A stretch of DNA of 64,000 nt from Candidatus Helarchaeota archaeon (GTDB lineage Archaea; Asgardarchaeota; Lokiarchaeia; Helarchaeales; RDOG01), in NCBI GenBank assembly GCA_019058315.1, contig JAHPZH010000001.1, positions 977,432 to 1,041,431 of the forward strand. Reading direction: 5' to 3'. This document shows positions 62,901 through 63,998 of this stretch, in pieces. The position numbers and the translations under genes are program-made. Numbering within the stretch: position 1 is the stretch's first letter; each line of letters opens with the position of its first letter. The notes below the pieces were generated by a model. It was not told the DNA's origin. It made no database searches and saw nothing but the letters and a program-made list of their open reading frames with translations.

Positions 62901-63998
62901 ATATTGTAAAAATGGAGGAAGAGGATCAACAATTACATTATTTATAATTGGAATCCAAACATCTCCCACTGTATATTTATAAAACAAACCATAATGGTCA
63001 TCAATACTTGGATTATCATTTTGATCATATGCAACTATATAGTAGGTAAAATTTGTAGAAGGATTCGCAGGAGGTATCCATCCTAAAGTATCCACTCGGT
63101 AATGATTACCACTTATAAAAGTCATAGGAATTGGGAAAAAACCAGATTTATTAAAACTAATCCAACACTCTACATTTCTAACACCAGATGCTTGCCAAGG
63201 TTCGGAAACAAAAGCGCTAATTCTTAAATTTTCCTGAAGAGGACCACCAGAATTATAACTAGAATGATTTACAAAATCAATATCAGGTCCATTGAAATCA
63301 TCATAATAGTATATATATGGACCATCAATCATCCATTCGTTTATATTATTAGTAGCGTTGAGATAATACCAAGCTGTTGTGCCTGATCGACCCCATTCTT
63401 GAAGATCGTATCTCCAAATTGCAGGTTCCCAAGGATTTTCTTGATACATAGGGTATGTGGCTAAAAATCCAGTAATATTAGAATACATAGTTACGTTAGT
63501 AATAGTCCAGCCCAAATCATCCGTTACATTTACCAAAAAATTGATCTGTTGATCATAATTATATGTGAGATCTGGTGGAGATGGATCACGCCTATGAAAA
63601 TTAAATACAGGCATAAAGGATTCAACTGGATTTAATATTCTTTGGTGAATTTCTGCTTCATTATTTTGATAATATTGAAAAATTTGATTTATAATTAAGT
63701 CATTATTAAATTCATCTAGCACGTTATCTGCAACAAGTTTTGCAGTATCTACTGAAGCAACCATATAATCTATAATTCCTTCATAACCACTAATTATTAA
63801 TTCCATTTCTGAATCTAACCCCGTACCAGAATAACAACTTAAGAAGTAGTGATTTTCAATGGTAGACCCCAAAACTGCACTTTGGACTTCATTCCAAGGA
63901 ATTTCTTGAGTCCCAATAATTAGATTTTCTTCAGTCCCATGTAGAGCATAAATGACAGCGAGGGCATTATTATCATTTAAATTTGTAATTACATCATT
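23913..63998 (-). CDS. Giant (>=13,361 aa, 5'-truncated) membrane-anchored Ig/FN3-repeat surface protein with a clan CD protease-like domain
   Basis: A single stop-free frame. The 42 codons upstream of the track's TTG at 63872 are also open to the window edge. T/D-rich beta repeats, many N-x-S/T sequons, C-terminal TM helix. Confidence 0.95.
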   Translation of the reverse strand, partial: NDVITNLNDNNALAVIYALHGTEENLIIGTQEIPWNEVQSAVLGSTIENHYFLSCYSGTGLDSEMELIISGYEGIIDYMVASVDTAKLVADNVLDEFNNDLIINQIFQYYQNNEAEIHQRILNPVESFMPVFNFHRRDPSPPDLTYNYDQQINFLVNVTDDLGWTITNVTMYSNITGFLATYPMYQENPWEPAIWRYDLQEWGRSGTTAWYYLNATNNINEWMIDGPYIYYYDDFNGPDIDFVNHSSYNSGGPLQENLRISAFVSEPWQASGVRNVECWISFNKSGFFPIPMTFISGNHYRVDTLGWIPPANPSTNFTYYIVAYDQNDNPSIDDHYGLFYKYTVGDVWIPIINNVIVDPLPPFLQYNQNITVAIDAQDDLGAPLFSNILYVKIYGFMNKTLPFEGYLEYNGSHWVTTSPQFPYNSTIDAMIEVGDGNYNNVTIGPVNYTVVDYDPPELELYYQTMPANPASTTFIVNATEPIGASGVNVSIISISIGGGSYFNYTMAQLTPDLWTYSTPLAGGQFYSYYFLVQDKAGNWGVDNNTGMFYNFTDTDFNPPIFNNITINPPDPPGQWQYNEIMNVTINATDTLFGPPYSSIYWCQVWWNVSYAGVSESGVDNLPYNSTSGLWFAQFWEPPPYGFNLTFYFNITDGNGQSTISSQYYYTITDNEPPWQPGTGHGPIPVYYNTTVYVGSWAIEPEEASGIDTVILQYRILGNLTWNNVLMLDYFGNQSVWISLIPPQLYNTTVIYRVFANDTAGNWGIDDSNATLPNYNYTVQTWFDNGSVYLDEDVYYGSGAVAYINVTDADLNKDPLSREYVDVKVISDSDSTGIGVRCTEISVNSSIFIGNFTFTKGSSSDADDIIKALDLDEITVIYIDEKDFNGNVTSRIDNATWDETWTGSVSLDETFYYGTGAIATITVIDRDLNISATTIDWVQVNVISPLDMTGIYVNLTETGPNTANFTGLLYFSTTGSGTNTIWVDHRDLFGVRYNDSHTSTGEYAQFTDSAWWYKTTNGTIELDAIEYFGTDAVATVTVNDTDLNISDINPDDVDIRINSTAPGAGFIYVTLDETGLSTGIFVGNFWFSTSSSNNASDIIKATDGDIITAIYDDAHDQIGNPVIVTDTAIWTETTTGSVGLNATYYYGTGAIALVTVIDDDENQNPLAVETFNVTVNSTTDPSSITIILNETGINTGVFTGTFGFTTGPSVPGTQISVSDDDTVQVIYNDNHTSTGDPDTPSDTATWIETMSGTIDLDALEYFGTDAIANVTVIDYDLNTTSGQENVEIGVNSTAPGAGFILVTLTETTGTSGIFTGSFYFSTTSSNNASDYIKATDNDTIMVGYMDQYDVTGAEVLVLDFAYWTQTVTGSISLNSTQYFGTGTSAKITVTDGDLNQDEGTQETINVNVNSTSDNSGIIITLTELNANSSIFEGYFGFTTGASVPGTSIQVTDNDIVRAIYNDTYDSAGDPKRPKKSATWIETVTGTITLNATAYFGTGAIAQINVTDMDLDTSGLADDVYISVISDSDNSGISVKCTETDFHSGIFIGTFGFTTGASGSGKIEAADGDLINATYSDEHNQQGFFANVTDSATWNATVTGDVVLDDTIYYTGETATINVTDSDLDVTSGNDVVDVIVTSDSDLTGINVTCTETGPNTGVFIGTFTFDNVTSSDPLDEILVSDGDTVTVDYYDVYTATGNPTNHYDTATWYQTVSGYIELNSTEYFGTDVIASVTVTDSDLDVKGTPDTVIVKINSTSDSTGIYVILTETGPTTGIFTNTFGFTTGTSGGGKIEAADGDIIYAIYNDSYDVNGNPAFPIDTATWNATITGSVDLDKDYYITGETAIVNVTDSDLDTTGGLDQVNVTVTSTSYPSGIYVTLTETGANTGIFIGTFQFNLTDSKDLEYIKVSDGDTVTVTYHDEYTESGDSADPIDTATFDATVTGSLYLDQASYGTYETATITITDADLNTAVTSKQSVNATVNSTQDSTGINVTCTETGVNTGVFTGTFSFNITASDDPNDLIWVNSAGDTIFAWYFEAHNASGLADVHNDSASWTQTASGTCVLDDATYSTGRTAHITVTDPDLNQLPGASESVKINVTSDDDPSGINVTCTETGPNTGIFQGTFTFGTSSNDDSDIIEATNGSVITARYYDAKNATGLPEDKIDTAIWYQYVSGTIELNAFYYYGTSASATVTVNDFDENTNPTSYNTFEVKVNSTEDLSGIQVTVNETGLDTGIFTGIFYFSTAASSDTSDIIKVANASEVWVLFEEDKDINGIGVDRNVYCIWIKTYTGIIDLDETEYFGTGAVATVTVTDQDLNRDAFANETVNISVWSNSDPTGITVELTETNVNTSVFRNTFSVSTTTTDDSNDIIKVSPDDTITARYSDARTALGTPAQPTDTAIWTATVTGSIELDELEYYGLSTATVTVTDSDLNTDPGTTQSVYIYVTSTTDTSGIQVQCDETLVDSGIFTGTFTFTTLGSDDPGDEINVTDGDIVTVRYYDEHNVTGLAQNHSDTADWTQTYTGTIELDAATYYGTAARAYVNVTDPDLNTNDATKQSVSIQVWSTSDPYPSGINVLLWETTVNSGIFYGNFSFGTTTSDPLDRIEAVDGDTISARYSDAKNMYGNPVTTTDTATWEATVTGSVDLDATIYYGSGAEATITVIDSDLDTTGGTDSVNVNVTSTSDGAGISVQLDETGGSTGIFTGTFTFKLTAPSDDILDRIYVQDDDTITVRYDDEHTASGASASPTDTATWIKTYSGTVVLDAGIYYGSDAMASITVTDADLNTNPGVIETVDVNVNSSLDASGIIVELTETGVNQSTFTGTFTFSTSGSNDPSDEIWAQDGNTTMVIYNDTRSASGASARPKDSATWEATVTGTINLNATTYYGTDVVAEITVEDSDLDTSGSADYVDVNVNSTSDNEGIIVRLTETGSNTGIFKGNFYFSTSSSNDPSDIIWAQDDDTVRTIYNDTYTVTGASARPKKSATWIETHTGTIELDATSYYGTAAEATITVIDADLNINPSVAETIDVNVNSSKDPQPGIIVRLTETDVNTNTFTGKFTFTESGPSNDPADKIWAQDGNTTMVIYNDSRTAEGTPAKPKDTATWIKTYTGTVDLDKLTYYGSGATAYITVEDEDLDTTGGSDTVDVKVNSTSDPNSIEVQLTETGGSTGIFTGHFEFKTTAPSDDALDKIWVTDDDTVMVIYNDTYTVTGSSANPKDSATWIATVTGTIILDVDTYYGTGAIPIITVTDSDLDTTGSADTVDVYVTSTSDSTGISVQLTETGATTGIFNGTFIVSTIASSDPDDKILVADEDIITVRYEDEHTLSGASANHTDTATWIATVTGTIELDADYYYGTGATAYITVVDADLNVTGSPDTVEVNVTSDSDSIGISVPLTETGDNTGIFNGSFIFTKGSSNDPANIIKALDGDTITVRYDDEHTLTGASASPTDTATWVETVTGTIALDQTEYFGTDAEITATVTDSDLDTTSGTDTTTINVTSSSDGAGIQVQLTETGPTTGIFSGTFYVNVTSNDTADMIQVVDDDSITARYDDAHTITGPPGSTSDSATWIETITGVLSLNNTIYYGSAAIALFTVNDFDENENPSGIDNIIIKVTSSQDSTGINVTLTETGVNTGIFNGTFGFKITSPSDDTNDLIYALNGSNIRAYYTDVHDETGESANPYKQAIWIETMTGDVYFDNNVYYPNQTAVITLNDTDLDISSSVDQINVTVTSDSDTTGINVTLTETGATTGIFQGLLNFSKTTSNDNLDIIEVSDGDTVTVQYYDEHDESGADIYDTDTATWEQTHTGTIQLNATEYFGTAAKARITVDDLDLDTTASPDTVSVNVTSTSDGYGIFILLTETGATTHIFTGIFGFTSGASVPGTSIQAVDGDIITSRYDDEYDYNGYPNAPTDTATWNATITGSVSLDKEDYITGETAFINVTDSDLDISGSPDQVNVTITSDSDAIGINVTLTETGASTGVFTGNFTFKLTSPSDDVLDRIYVQDGDAVTVTYHDEYTVTGTSANPIDTATFDATETGSLDLDQSSYGTYETATITITDADLNTAATSKQSVNATVNSTQDSTGINVTCTETGVNTGVFTGTFSFSITASDDTNDLIWVNSLGDTVFAWYFEAHNYTGLADVHNDSASWTQTASGTCVLDDATYSSGRTAHLTVTDPDLNQLPGAAESVKVNVTSTDDPSGINVTCTETGPNTGIFQGTFTFGSSSNDDSDIIEATNGSSIIARYFDANNATGLPAYVNDTAIWYTYVSGSILLNAFYYYGTSAIATITVEDFDENQHDDQYDTINIDVNSSVDLIGIGVECNETGLDTGVFTGTLYFSTAASNDANDIIKVANASEVWALYDESKDINGDSVSRNDYGMWIKTYTGTIILDADEYFGTGAVAIITVTDQDLNKKAGVVEKVNVSVWSTSDPTGIKVELTETGVNTSVFTDNFTFGTTSNDPLDIIKAVDGDTITARYTDARTATGAPGNPTDTATWTATVTGTVELDDDDYFGLSSATITVTDSDLNTDSGSTQSVIIYVNSSIDPTGIQVLCTETSVSSGIFTGVVYFNNTASNDATDDIYVINGGDFTVKYNDEHTITGASASPTASANWTKTWSGTINLDASIYYGTAARAFVTVTDHDLNTNNATSQTVSIEVWSTSDPAGINVLLRETTVSSGIFYGNFTFGTTSSDPSDRIKATDGDTITVRYTDQYDIGGSPTTRTDTAIWEATVTGSILLDKTSYYGTSASALITVTDLDLDTTGGADTVNINVTSDTDANGIGVICTETGTHTGIFTGTFYFSQTGSDDDSNIIWAQDQDTVYARYDDEHTSSGASASPTATATWIKTYTGTIDIEQATYYGTGALAIVTVVDQDLNTNPTLKESKNINVNSSSDPSPGIIVRLYEEGLNSSTFRGNFTFSTAGSSDPSDIIWAQDGDTVRAIYNDSRTASGSSTRNKDSAVWIETVTGTIQLNATIYYGTAAVAKITVTDLDLNTTGSQDYVDVNVNSSVDSSGIIVRLTETTGVSGIFEGTFTFKTTSPSSDALDIIWAMNGNTTRAIYNDTHTVSGASARPKVSATWIARVTGTIQLNATTYYGTDTVAKITVTDSDLDTTGGIDFVDVDVNSTSDNIGIEVRLFEAGGVHTGVFEGTFKFSTISSDNPSDIIKALDGDTVKAIYNDSRTVTGKPGKPKRTATWIETDTGSIELDKTAYYGTAAVATIIVNDDDLDTSGSPDTVNVRVNSSNDPVGIIVQLTETGASTGEFNGTFTFKLTYPSDDPNNKIWIGDGNTTMVIYNDTYTATGKSATPKDSATWIKTYTGIVVLDKAQYYGTAAIATITVTDADLNTNPSLTETVIVNVNSSVDPSPGITVTLTETGADPLNSPIFRGTFTFIESGPSNDPLDKIWAEDGNTIMVIYNDARTASGSSAKPKATATWIKTYTGTIVLDAANYYGTGATATVTVNDKDLDTTGSLDTVNINVTSTTTGAGSISVQLQETGGTTGIFDGVFYFSLSSSNDLQDRIKIHDGAVVTVRYDDQYTVTGASASPTDTANWIQTYTGTVELDEDYYYGTLATASVNVIDADLDTTGGLDTVSINVTSTQDSSGISVILTETGASSGIFLGSFKFSTTSSNDGEDEIWAIDGTIVTVRYDDQRTATGAPASPTDTATWIETASGTIDLDKLNYYGTGATATITLSDADLNLDSGSIDHVNVTVNSTTNSTGINIQLAETAVNTGIFTGSFTFSTTINDDPNNKLHALDNDLIKAIYSDAQKVTGLPGYATDTATWIATVTGTIVLDDVEYITGETAIVLVNDSDLNTNPATLQTVMIDVWSTSDTIGIDVLLTETGFNTGIFNGTFEFTFGTSSDPLDLIKVAEGATITVRYNDTYTVTGVSATKTDTATFDATVTGSIDLNAGTYYGTKAATITVIDADLNENSAGIDIVNVTVKSDTDGTGINVTLSETGVNTGIFTNIFTFNTSSSSDIDDWIHVTDDDTVTATYYDAHDVSGAPAQPTDIATWIETFTGSIYLDSLSYITGEIASINVTDADLNQNPSLRETVIISVKSDSDTTGISVTLTETAINSGIFEGYFSFSKVQSNDTADEILVSDGDTVTVTYNDQYDETGSAAIHTDTAIWYATYSGTIVLDKTRYGTNEQAIVTVTDSDLDVTGSADDVNISVTSDATGAGTITVELTETGAHTGVFRGNFSFSLIASNDTTDTIKVKEEGTVQVQYDDEHDVNGNPTTVYDTALWRAFVTGTIVLNKLVYSGNETATITINDYDLNTNDLIAETVNALVNSSQDPTGIFVTCTETGPATGTFIGTFKFNITTSDDTNDYIWMNAGAGDTVYVYYNDSNDASGAQAWAFDSGSWTQYVTGVLDLDTNEYYGTADTAYVTITDVDLNVLPGVTETVTILVNSTEDGVGININCSETGPNTGIFTGNFNFSTSSSVNYQRIWIADGATIWVIYTDPHGVGGTAENVTETATWIATVTGIINLDKSNYYGTQALATITLTDSDENEEPLIIETVSVKVNSSDDSSGINVLLTETGADTGVFVGNFTFSTSSSNDPLDVIKVLDGNTTKVIYNDLKDVTGFPSVRTDSATWIATVSGSVSLDKTQYYGLTTASITVNDFDLNIQPTLLDSVAVNVYSDSDTTGIWVTLTETGVNTGIFTETFDFTTGTSNDPLDYLSVSDQDVVTVKYEDQYDVTGQTVDVYDTATWIETFTGNVQFDSANYYGTGAQALITVTDWDLDTTGSADSVAVNVNSTLDSSGIIVTLTETGPSTGIFTKYISFSTSASGTDTIWATDGDTIQVRYNDSRDVTGSPNYDTDSAIWTATVTGSVVLNATTYYGTAVVARITVTDADLDTTGSPDTVDVDVNSTSDSTGISVQLTETGSTTGIFRGTFTFSKSASNDPSNIIKAIDNDNVTVIYFDEHIVTGPAANHTYKAKWVETATGSISLDATEYFGTAAEATVTVIDADLNQDALTQESINIYVNSSIDIPGITVTLQENGVNSSTFTGTFRFSQTSSSDVLDIIHAQDGDTTMARYNDEHTAGGAPATPKDSAIWIATVTGTITLNQLNYYGTDAIANVTVNDKDLDITTGIDSVDVNITSESDGYGITVELTETGSLTGVFQGQFYFDTSSSSDIDDEIWAIDDDIVTARYDDEHKSSGLSGNATDTATWIATVTGTIILDAANYYGTAAQALITVTDNDLNTNPSIVNYVDINVNSSSDSPGIIVRLTETGADTGIFQKTFKFSTVSSDDPNDIIEAQDGDTVRAIYNDTYTVTGASARPKTSATWIATHTGIVVLNASYYYGTAAVAKITVTDSDLDVTGSADTVDVYVTSDSDSSGIVVQLTETGPNTGIFNGTFEFSTTASNDPADIIWAIDDDTVTVRYEDEHIATGVSSNITNTATWIQTYTGTIALNQETYYGTAATATVIVNDWDLDTTGSADSVNITYRSTSDLTGTLLELTETGPSTGIFQLNFLILGSITINDGDTITVRYNDTRRVTGKSGYTTDTATWIATVTGSITWDEEYYYGTGAIGDITVIDSDLNITGGADTVNVNISSTSDPTGIIIILTETTGTSGIFTDSFQFQGGGVTIADGDTVTATYDDEHTLTGAPASQTDDAVWIETHTGIVNLDASEYFGTGALATINVTDPDLDTSPAIDHIDVNVISTSDSSGINVTLDETGGQTGIFIGTFGFKTTSPSDDTNDKIWAQDGNTVTIRYFDVHIASGASSYRTDTAIWTATVTGTIILDDTVYYGTGAMSIITVTDSDLNTNPSAIEFVNINVTSDSDTGGINVTCQETGVNTGIFTGNFTFNMTASNDGSDIILALDGDTIYARYDDQYTVTGAAASPTDTATWIETHTGTIELDATEYITGESPNVFVIDEDLDTSGSPDTVIITVSSTAPAAGSITVELTETGATTGNFTGFFGFTFGSSSQAAHKIKVVNGSIVTVSYNDAYTATGSPATVTDSAIFIATVTGSVLLDKITYYGTGAASITVTDSDLNENSTVIDTVNVTITSDTDGTGINVTLSETGVKTGIFTGTFTFNTSSSSDIDDWIHVTDDDIVTVTYYDAHDVSGASASPTDTATWIETVTGSIYLDAVSYITGESPIVTVNDADLNQNPSVKETVVIYVTSDSDATGISVTLTETAFNSGLFQGYFSFSKIQSNDTADEIYVSDGDNVTVTYIDIHDITGAQVSTTDTAIWYATYTGTIVLNKDRYGTGETAIITVIDSDLDVTPGQDAVNISVVSTTDPTGITVECTEEVATPGEFRGTFTFTDVGTSNDTLDIIRVVDEGTITVQYNDEHADDGNPANPIDTAIWRKSTTGIIQIDKTSYTGYVYTVYVTVTDSDLNLFDVSIDIAWVNITSKDAPGWVNLTVTETGVDTGIFTGWFVFGTSSNNASRQIGMTDDASPQWVIVEYNDTLDATGANKHPFKNATWTKYYTGTITLDEIQYFGTGDIATVTVTDADLNTDNTTIEQSSITVQSSTGTPISVIITENSISSSIFTGSFGFNLGFSNDSSDLIGIAAPQEVVTAIYADAFNANGVPNNPNDTATWIATITGTIDLDYDQYNGTLAEAVITVNDNDLNTNPGTSQTVNVIVSSDSDPSSITVQLTETGPNTGIFNGTFTFNLTSSDDDNDIIWAQDGDMIYATYTDALNETGFPDSDTDTATWNATVTGIVILDADEYFGHSTATITVYDSDVNTDDATVQWFMVTVNSTSSGDFINVNLTETTSSSGIFQGTFTFISTASSNVTVRIHIEDGNNVYVYYNDEMSVTGLSDYVSNSSSWVKTWTGTITYIGPDEFYGTDSYAQVRVTDPDLNTNPSVTETVTINVTSTADPVGIQVVLTETGTNSSAFEGIFNFTTGTSNDPLDLIKVTGGDVISAIYTEQYDINGLPQTRTALGEWIKTYTATMVIDDHETNEEDEIMYYGGLAVAWITLTDADLNTNPSLIESYWINISSDSDPIGFQIELIELSNNSQKFRRSFTFTTGASDSANRKIKVADLDNVTLIYEDIHTSTGENATIVKNIIWDQTATGSINFDASTYFGTAAVAVITVVDSDLNIDQYDNDTVNVRVWSTDDPWPPGGISVQLVETDVNTSQFIGTLEFSQSASDDFNDIIYALDGSIITARYADAHDVTGVSVVQTTDATWDETFSGTINIQESIYYGTGVSALVTVTDADLNTDPYSTNYVDIKVNSTSDNAGITVRLYETSLNASTFTGYFYVDTIVSSDINDKIQVADGNTMKAIYLDAHTAIGITTNKSDTAIWIETDTGTITLDKATYYGTAASALITVEDEDLNTNPLVINDVDVNLNSTDDPIGITVNLEETGPDTSIFTGSFTFTTGASDDINDIIKVLDGHNIMVIYNDTYTITGTSARPSDSAVWEKTYSGTINIEQTTYYGTGATGLIIVTDIDLNTNPATNQTVDIKVTSTSDPSPGITVRLYETGVNTSIFQGYFYVDTSSSSDIDDEIWVSDGDTITARYLDAHTASGPASNKTDTAIWIKTSTGDITLDKTTYYGTAAIATITVTDADLNTNPTITETVNVKVNSTSDSIGINVILTETGAIPQNSSIFRGTFQFTTGPSDDINDKIQALDGNTVKSIYYDTHTVTGASAIPSDSAIWEQTTTGSINLNSTTYYGTAAVAQVIVNDADLNTNPSAINYVTVNVNSTSDNSGINVQLTETNINTGIFTGTFKFSISGSDDPSDLIWALDGDTVRAIYNDTHTVTGASARPKKSALWIETETGSIALNAENYYGTAAIATVIVTDSDLNTNPLTPQTVSIDVWSASDLIGINVLLTETGINSNNFQGDFEFSTAASNDPADIILALDDDLITVRYNDTHTITGNPGTSLDTAYWRETHTGTITLDELNYYGTDAEATIEVIDIDLNTNPSAINYVTVNVNSSSDPTGITVQLAETLPDSSIFQGTFKFNTTSSNDVLDLIWAQDDDIVRAIYNDTYTITGASARVKDFAYWIATITGSIGLNSSSYRTGQIAEITVTDNDLNTGSGTIQVVNIFVTSTSDSPGGIIVPCTETGVNTGIFVGVFKPTSASSSNATTPRTLHVSDGDIITAYYYDVHTNSGAPADVYAYANMTVTVTGTIGFDSEGYGTGESAIITITDSDANENKIGYDQVWVIVTSTLDSTGINITLTETAISSGIFTTQLNFSKLGSWESNNTIHVQDNTFVSSRYLDRWDITGKPKNVTDTVTWNEYVTGVAVFDDTWYQTINHYATITLTDEDENRDVGAIDTFDIKVTSSVDATGILVTLTETGNSTGIFVGSLGYNMTVSNDALDQIQVDNGSIITVTYDDENDAGGNPAQSIDTALWTEHVTTEYSFVTDTYYGTAAFVDITLIDRDEDIDAYAIDLIEVNVSSDSDPGTINVDLTETDINTGIFTGSFTFKTTAPSDNVLDRIYVQGSDSVWIWYWDLNISDIYEWSNYTFTWIETHTGNITFDSTDYYGLTTAIVTLIDDDLNQNSTIIESKIINVNSTTNPTGITLTLTETGVDSNEFKGNFTFSLTTSSSALRLLRVSDLDSVNCIYQDARNISGTAMTRKNSSIWHITDTGTLQIDSLTYYGSGAIANITVTDEDLNINPGDFDTVNVTVNSSTNQIGINVTLIETGINTATFIGTFNFSQTSSLDGYTIQALDGDIINVLYTDLSNGSGLTNILMTTSQWIETFTGNLTLDAQYYYGTATVATVSLDDRDLNNFPGLIETTQIYLSSTLDLVGFSLTLTETGINTGIFTNTFFFSQTGSIPGSRIIYARNGTIIQVNCTDTRNETGILDYHFDTAYWIKTYTGSINLDDIIYYGTGAIMEITVYDLDHNRSSITTEVIYVNVTSPSTPAGIMVDLIETGPNTGTFIGNVTFSTTISDNASNILQVSNLETITAKYYDEHTASGPAANPTDTATWDETFTGTILMDEEYYYGTGAEATVTVNDNDMNLDSGNIEWFRVNINSSSDPSGILIRLYETGNNTGIFTGTFTFKTSSPSDDASDIIWAVDSDTVMALYNDSHTAIGPAARPNDTAIWIATDTGSIALDKVIYYGTAAVGNITVSDSDLDVTGGADIVEINVTSTSDPAGINVTCTETGPSTGVFIGLFTFNTTGSNDGLEIIHAISGDSVTVRYDDQYTVTGASASPTDTATWIQTFSGSIQLNSSVYYGVDAVIFVKVFDEDLNITGGIDTVSVSVTSDSDLVGISVTLSETTGTSANFTGIFTVSLTASDDPSNIIKIANQNTINVTYSEARNEEGIPVELIANATWLETETGTVVLNSSTYYGTLAVAKITVIDQDLNVDSGVNDTADVTVNSSTDLIGITVTLNETNINTGEFTGTFTFTMGGSDDFNDIINVTDEDEISVLYYDAHDVSGAPAQPKDTATWDQTHSATIASLPAFYYGLSENNQIQIDDIDMDFTVIAVTFIPDTLTAKVNSTSDPNGITLILSELFPTDAEFFTVFSFTDGPTYGKFLHVEDGDTIGVYYYDNHTTEGYPIWQVATSTWIKTYTGTLSTNATGGFTFEGLGTTAMITVRDQDLNQNPLAQDVIAAIFSPVSVYTQGNESLNTIKIELIENGIDTDEFIGYFNFTLGDKDDAKQMINVDDNVIIIVKYEDANEITGDPVDVFRQAQFLLPANGIIYLPSPEYFGDPVTVTVAIIDKDLNQIPTAQETATINATSSPSDLIHIIIYENGTNSDTFIGQFDLGSLATSDPDDHLFVNIGENVTILYFDEKDINGTSQIRFVNITYSALPLPPTLNLISPANNSFDWSGTLLHFSASDNWKLDSVWYNINGGPNITVATNIGLKDHLFDINASLDDPYWINGQNNLTIYANDSINLLDTLRISFIIDNTLIKIIPLNQTNIEPDTDGNILINWTISPEWSPISFYIYRSTTPGFTPNAANLLAQGITDMYYLDNGTVDGLHYYTIIGFNGTLNSTRWEYGSILINDIFGPNWNLGDLTFTVTLVGTENARLIWTNSTDAYDVAGFSINRSTIDDVDTSVWIANVTELTYLDTGLSIGTHYYWITAYDEKGRASGPSFSRFVTIIGPEDGFVESDEGEYYGANAIVYVNITDMDLNQDDLTLQTVTINISCGSDWILVNLTEVSLNTNLFTGNFTLVTTGTNDALDLLNVTDGAIITISYLDEKNSSGISETLTVDLTWNLLPQSPTINLESPANNSVIWSGTYLYFNASDNWLVDSIWYSVNGGSNSTPTNVDLKEYSFAINATGEAPWISGVNNITIYANDTRNLVASLDVSFIIDDTLIKLIPLDVPNPVIPDPDGNIRIEWNSSSAWNPISFDIHRSTNPGFTPNATNRIATGIPWPTNYYIDNGTDDGLYYYTIIGFNGTHNSTRWEYDSIQIIDTTPPIWNLGELTFTVTSVGAEQARLIWTNSTDSYDVAGFSINRSIVDSVGTSEWIANVTELTYLDTGLNVSTTYYYWITAYDEKEQASGPSLPSRDVDMPPHGDGVIVTDKPEYFGDGVIVYVNVTDLDLNKNDLSIQNITIIANTTTDEINIICFESNPNRNVFIGNFSLVTTGTNDSADELNVTGGINILIYYLDIMNSSGLIESKSANITWSIDVSPPTIALDNPANNSIIWNLDLLYFTATDNARVDSVWYRVNGGNNVTYATAIPFDQYSFGIQVNLSAPDWTYGSNYIEIFANDTVGFVNNVTFATFAFTIDDTLIRIRPLNQTNIEPDADGNVHIEWNSSPSWNPISFDIYRSTTANFTPNATNRIAQGISDMYFLDNGTVDGIHYYIIIGFNGTDNSTHWENRSITIIDTTPPTWISPGFTGTPVGAENSRLNWANSTDSYDVAGFNIYRGIVNNFMLSSWIDNVTALTYLDSNSSSGLSSGPYFYWITAYDEKTQESGESAVVFILISGPEDGIVVTDLEEYTQENVTVYVNITDLDLNKDDLSVQTVTINVSSGSDFILVNLTESGLNTDIFTGTFNLTTSGTNDALDLLNVTEGATIRISYNDSKNDFGNPEMFIVNITWNLISQPPKLNLTSHTNNSVIWTWQGPGDTIDFTAYDNWLVDSVWFSINDYTNHTSGTNIRLKEYSLSITILDALYPELIFGLNYIDIYLNDTVDNSASYTFVFNRDDTFINIRALNISNPILPDQDGDIHIEWTTSIYWTPIEYDIHRSNISGFTPNAANLIATVSAPSTDYWDRGVDDGIYYYTVIGRNSTGDNSTEREYDSIQIIDITPPNFVGGVGFSHTLIGADSVNLTWTATLDSYDVAGYRIYRGIEDYFPNATWIDNTTENFYFDSGLPVTNYLTYYYWIAPYDEKYQNGTQSARTVVTFAPKEEPPFIPPILGGEDQTWIIYILIGAVAGVVVVSIAIARRGPADMAKKLGYKQEELIPLPV
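23985..24047 (-). other. Single C-terminal transmembrane anchor of the giant protein
   Basis: WIIYILIGAVAGVVVVSIAIA followed by RR (positive-inside), preceded by the Pro-rich PKEEPPFIPP linker. Confidence 0.9.
24100..29100 (-). repeat. Four tandem ~415-aa modules: ETG-type Ig repeat + Ig + FN3 + FN3
   Basis: Recurring PP.(L/I).L..PANNS, RST..(G/N)FTPNA.N, (S/T)YDVAG(F/Y), YYWI.(A/P)YDEK. The exact 27-mer TTTCTCGTCATATGCTGTTATCCAATA occurs at 25413, 26667 and 27909. Confidence 0.88.
28755..61650 (-). repeat. 94 tandem ~116-aa Ig-like repeats (hand count; 3 more copies lie in the C-terminal modules)
   Basis: Consensus TG(T/S)I.LD...YYGT.A.A.ITVTD.DL(N/D)......V.V.V.S..D..GI.V.LTETG..TGIF.G.F.F....S.D..D.I...DGD.I.V.Y.D....G......DTATW. 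Confidence 0.93.
61660..63595 (-). repeat. Six Ig-like domains arranged as three AB pairs
   Basis: A type: (D/N)P.PP....YN..I.V......D.LG. B type: EP..ASG(V/I)...M...Y....D..(G/D)N..ID(D/N)...Y.(Y/F)T. Confidence 0.7.
63650..63998 (-). other. Caspase/gingipain/CHAT-like (clan CD) cysteine-peptidase segment
   Basis: AVIYALHG (His 63939-63941) ... HYFLSCYSG (Cys 63834-63836), 35 residues apart, followed by IISGYEGIID. Confidence 0.6.

Noticed and set aside
63870-63872. ORF-track start (TTG) of the giant protein
   Set aside because: The frame stays open 42 more codons to the window edge, there is no signal peptide here, and the putative catalytic His lies upstream.
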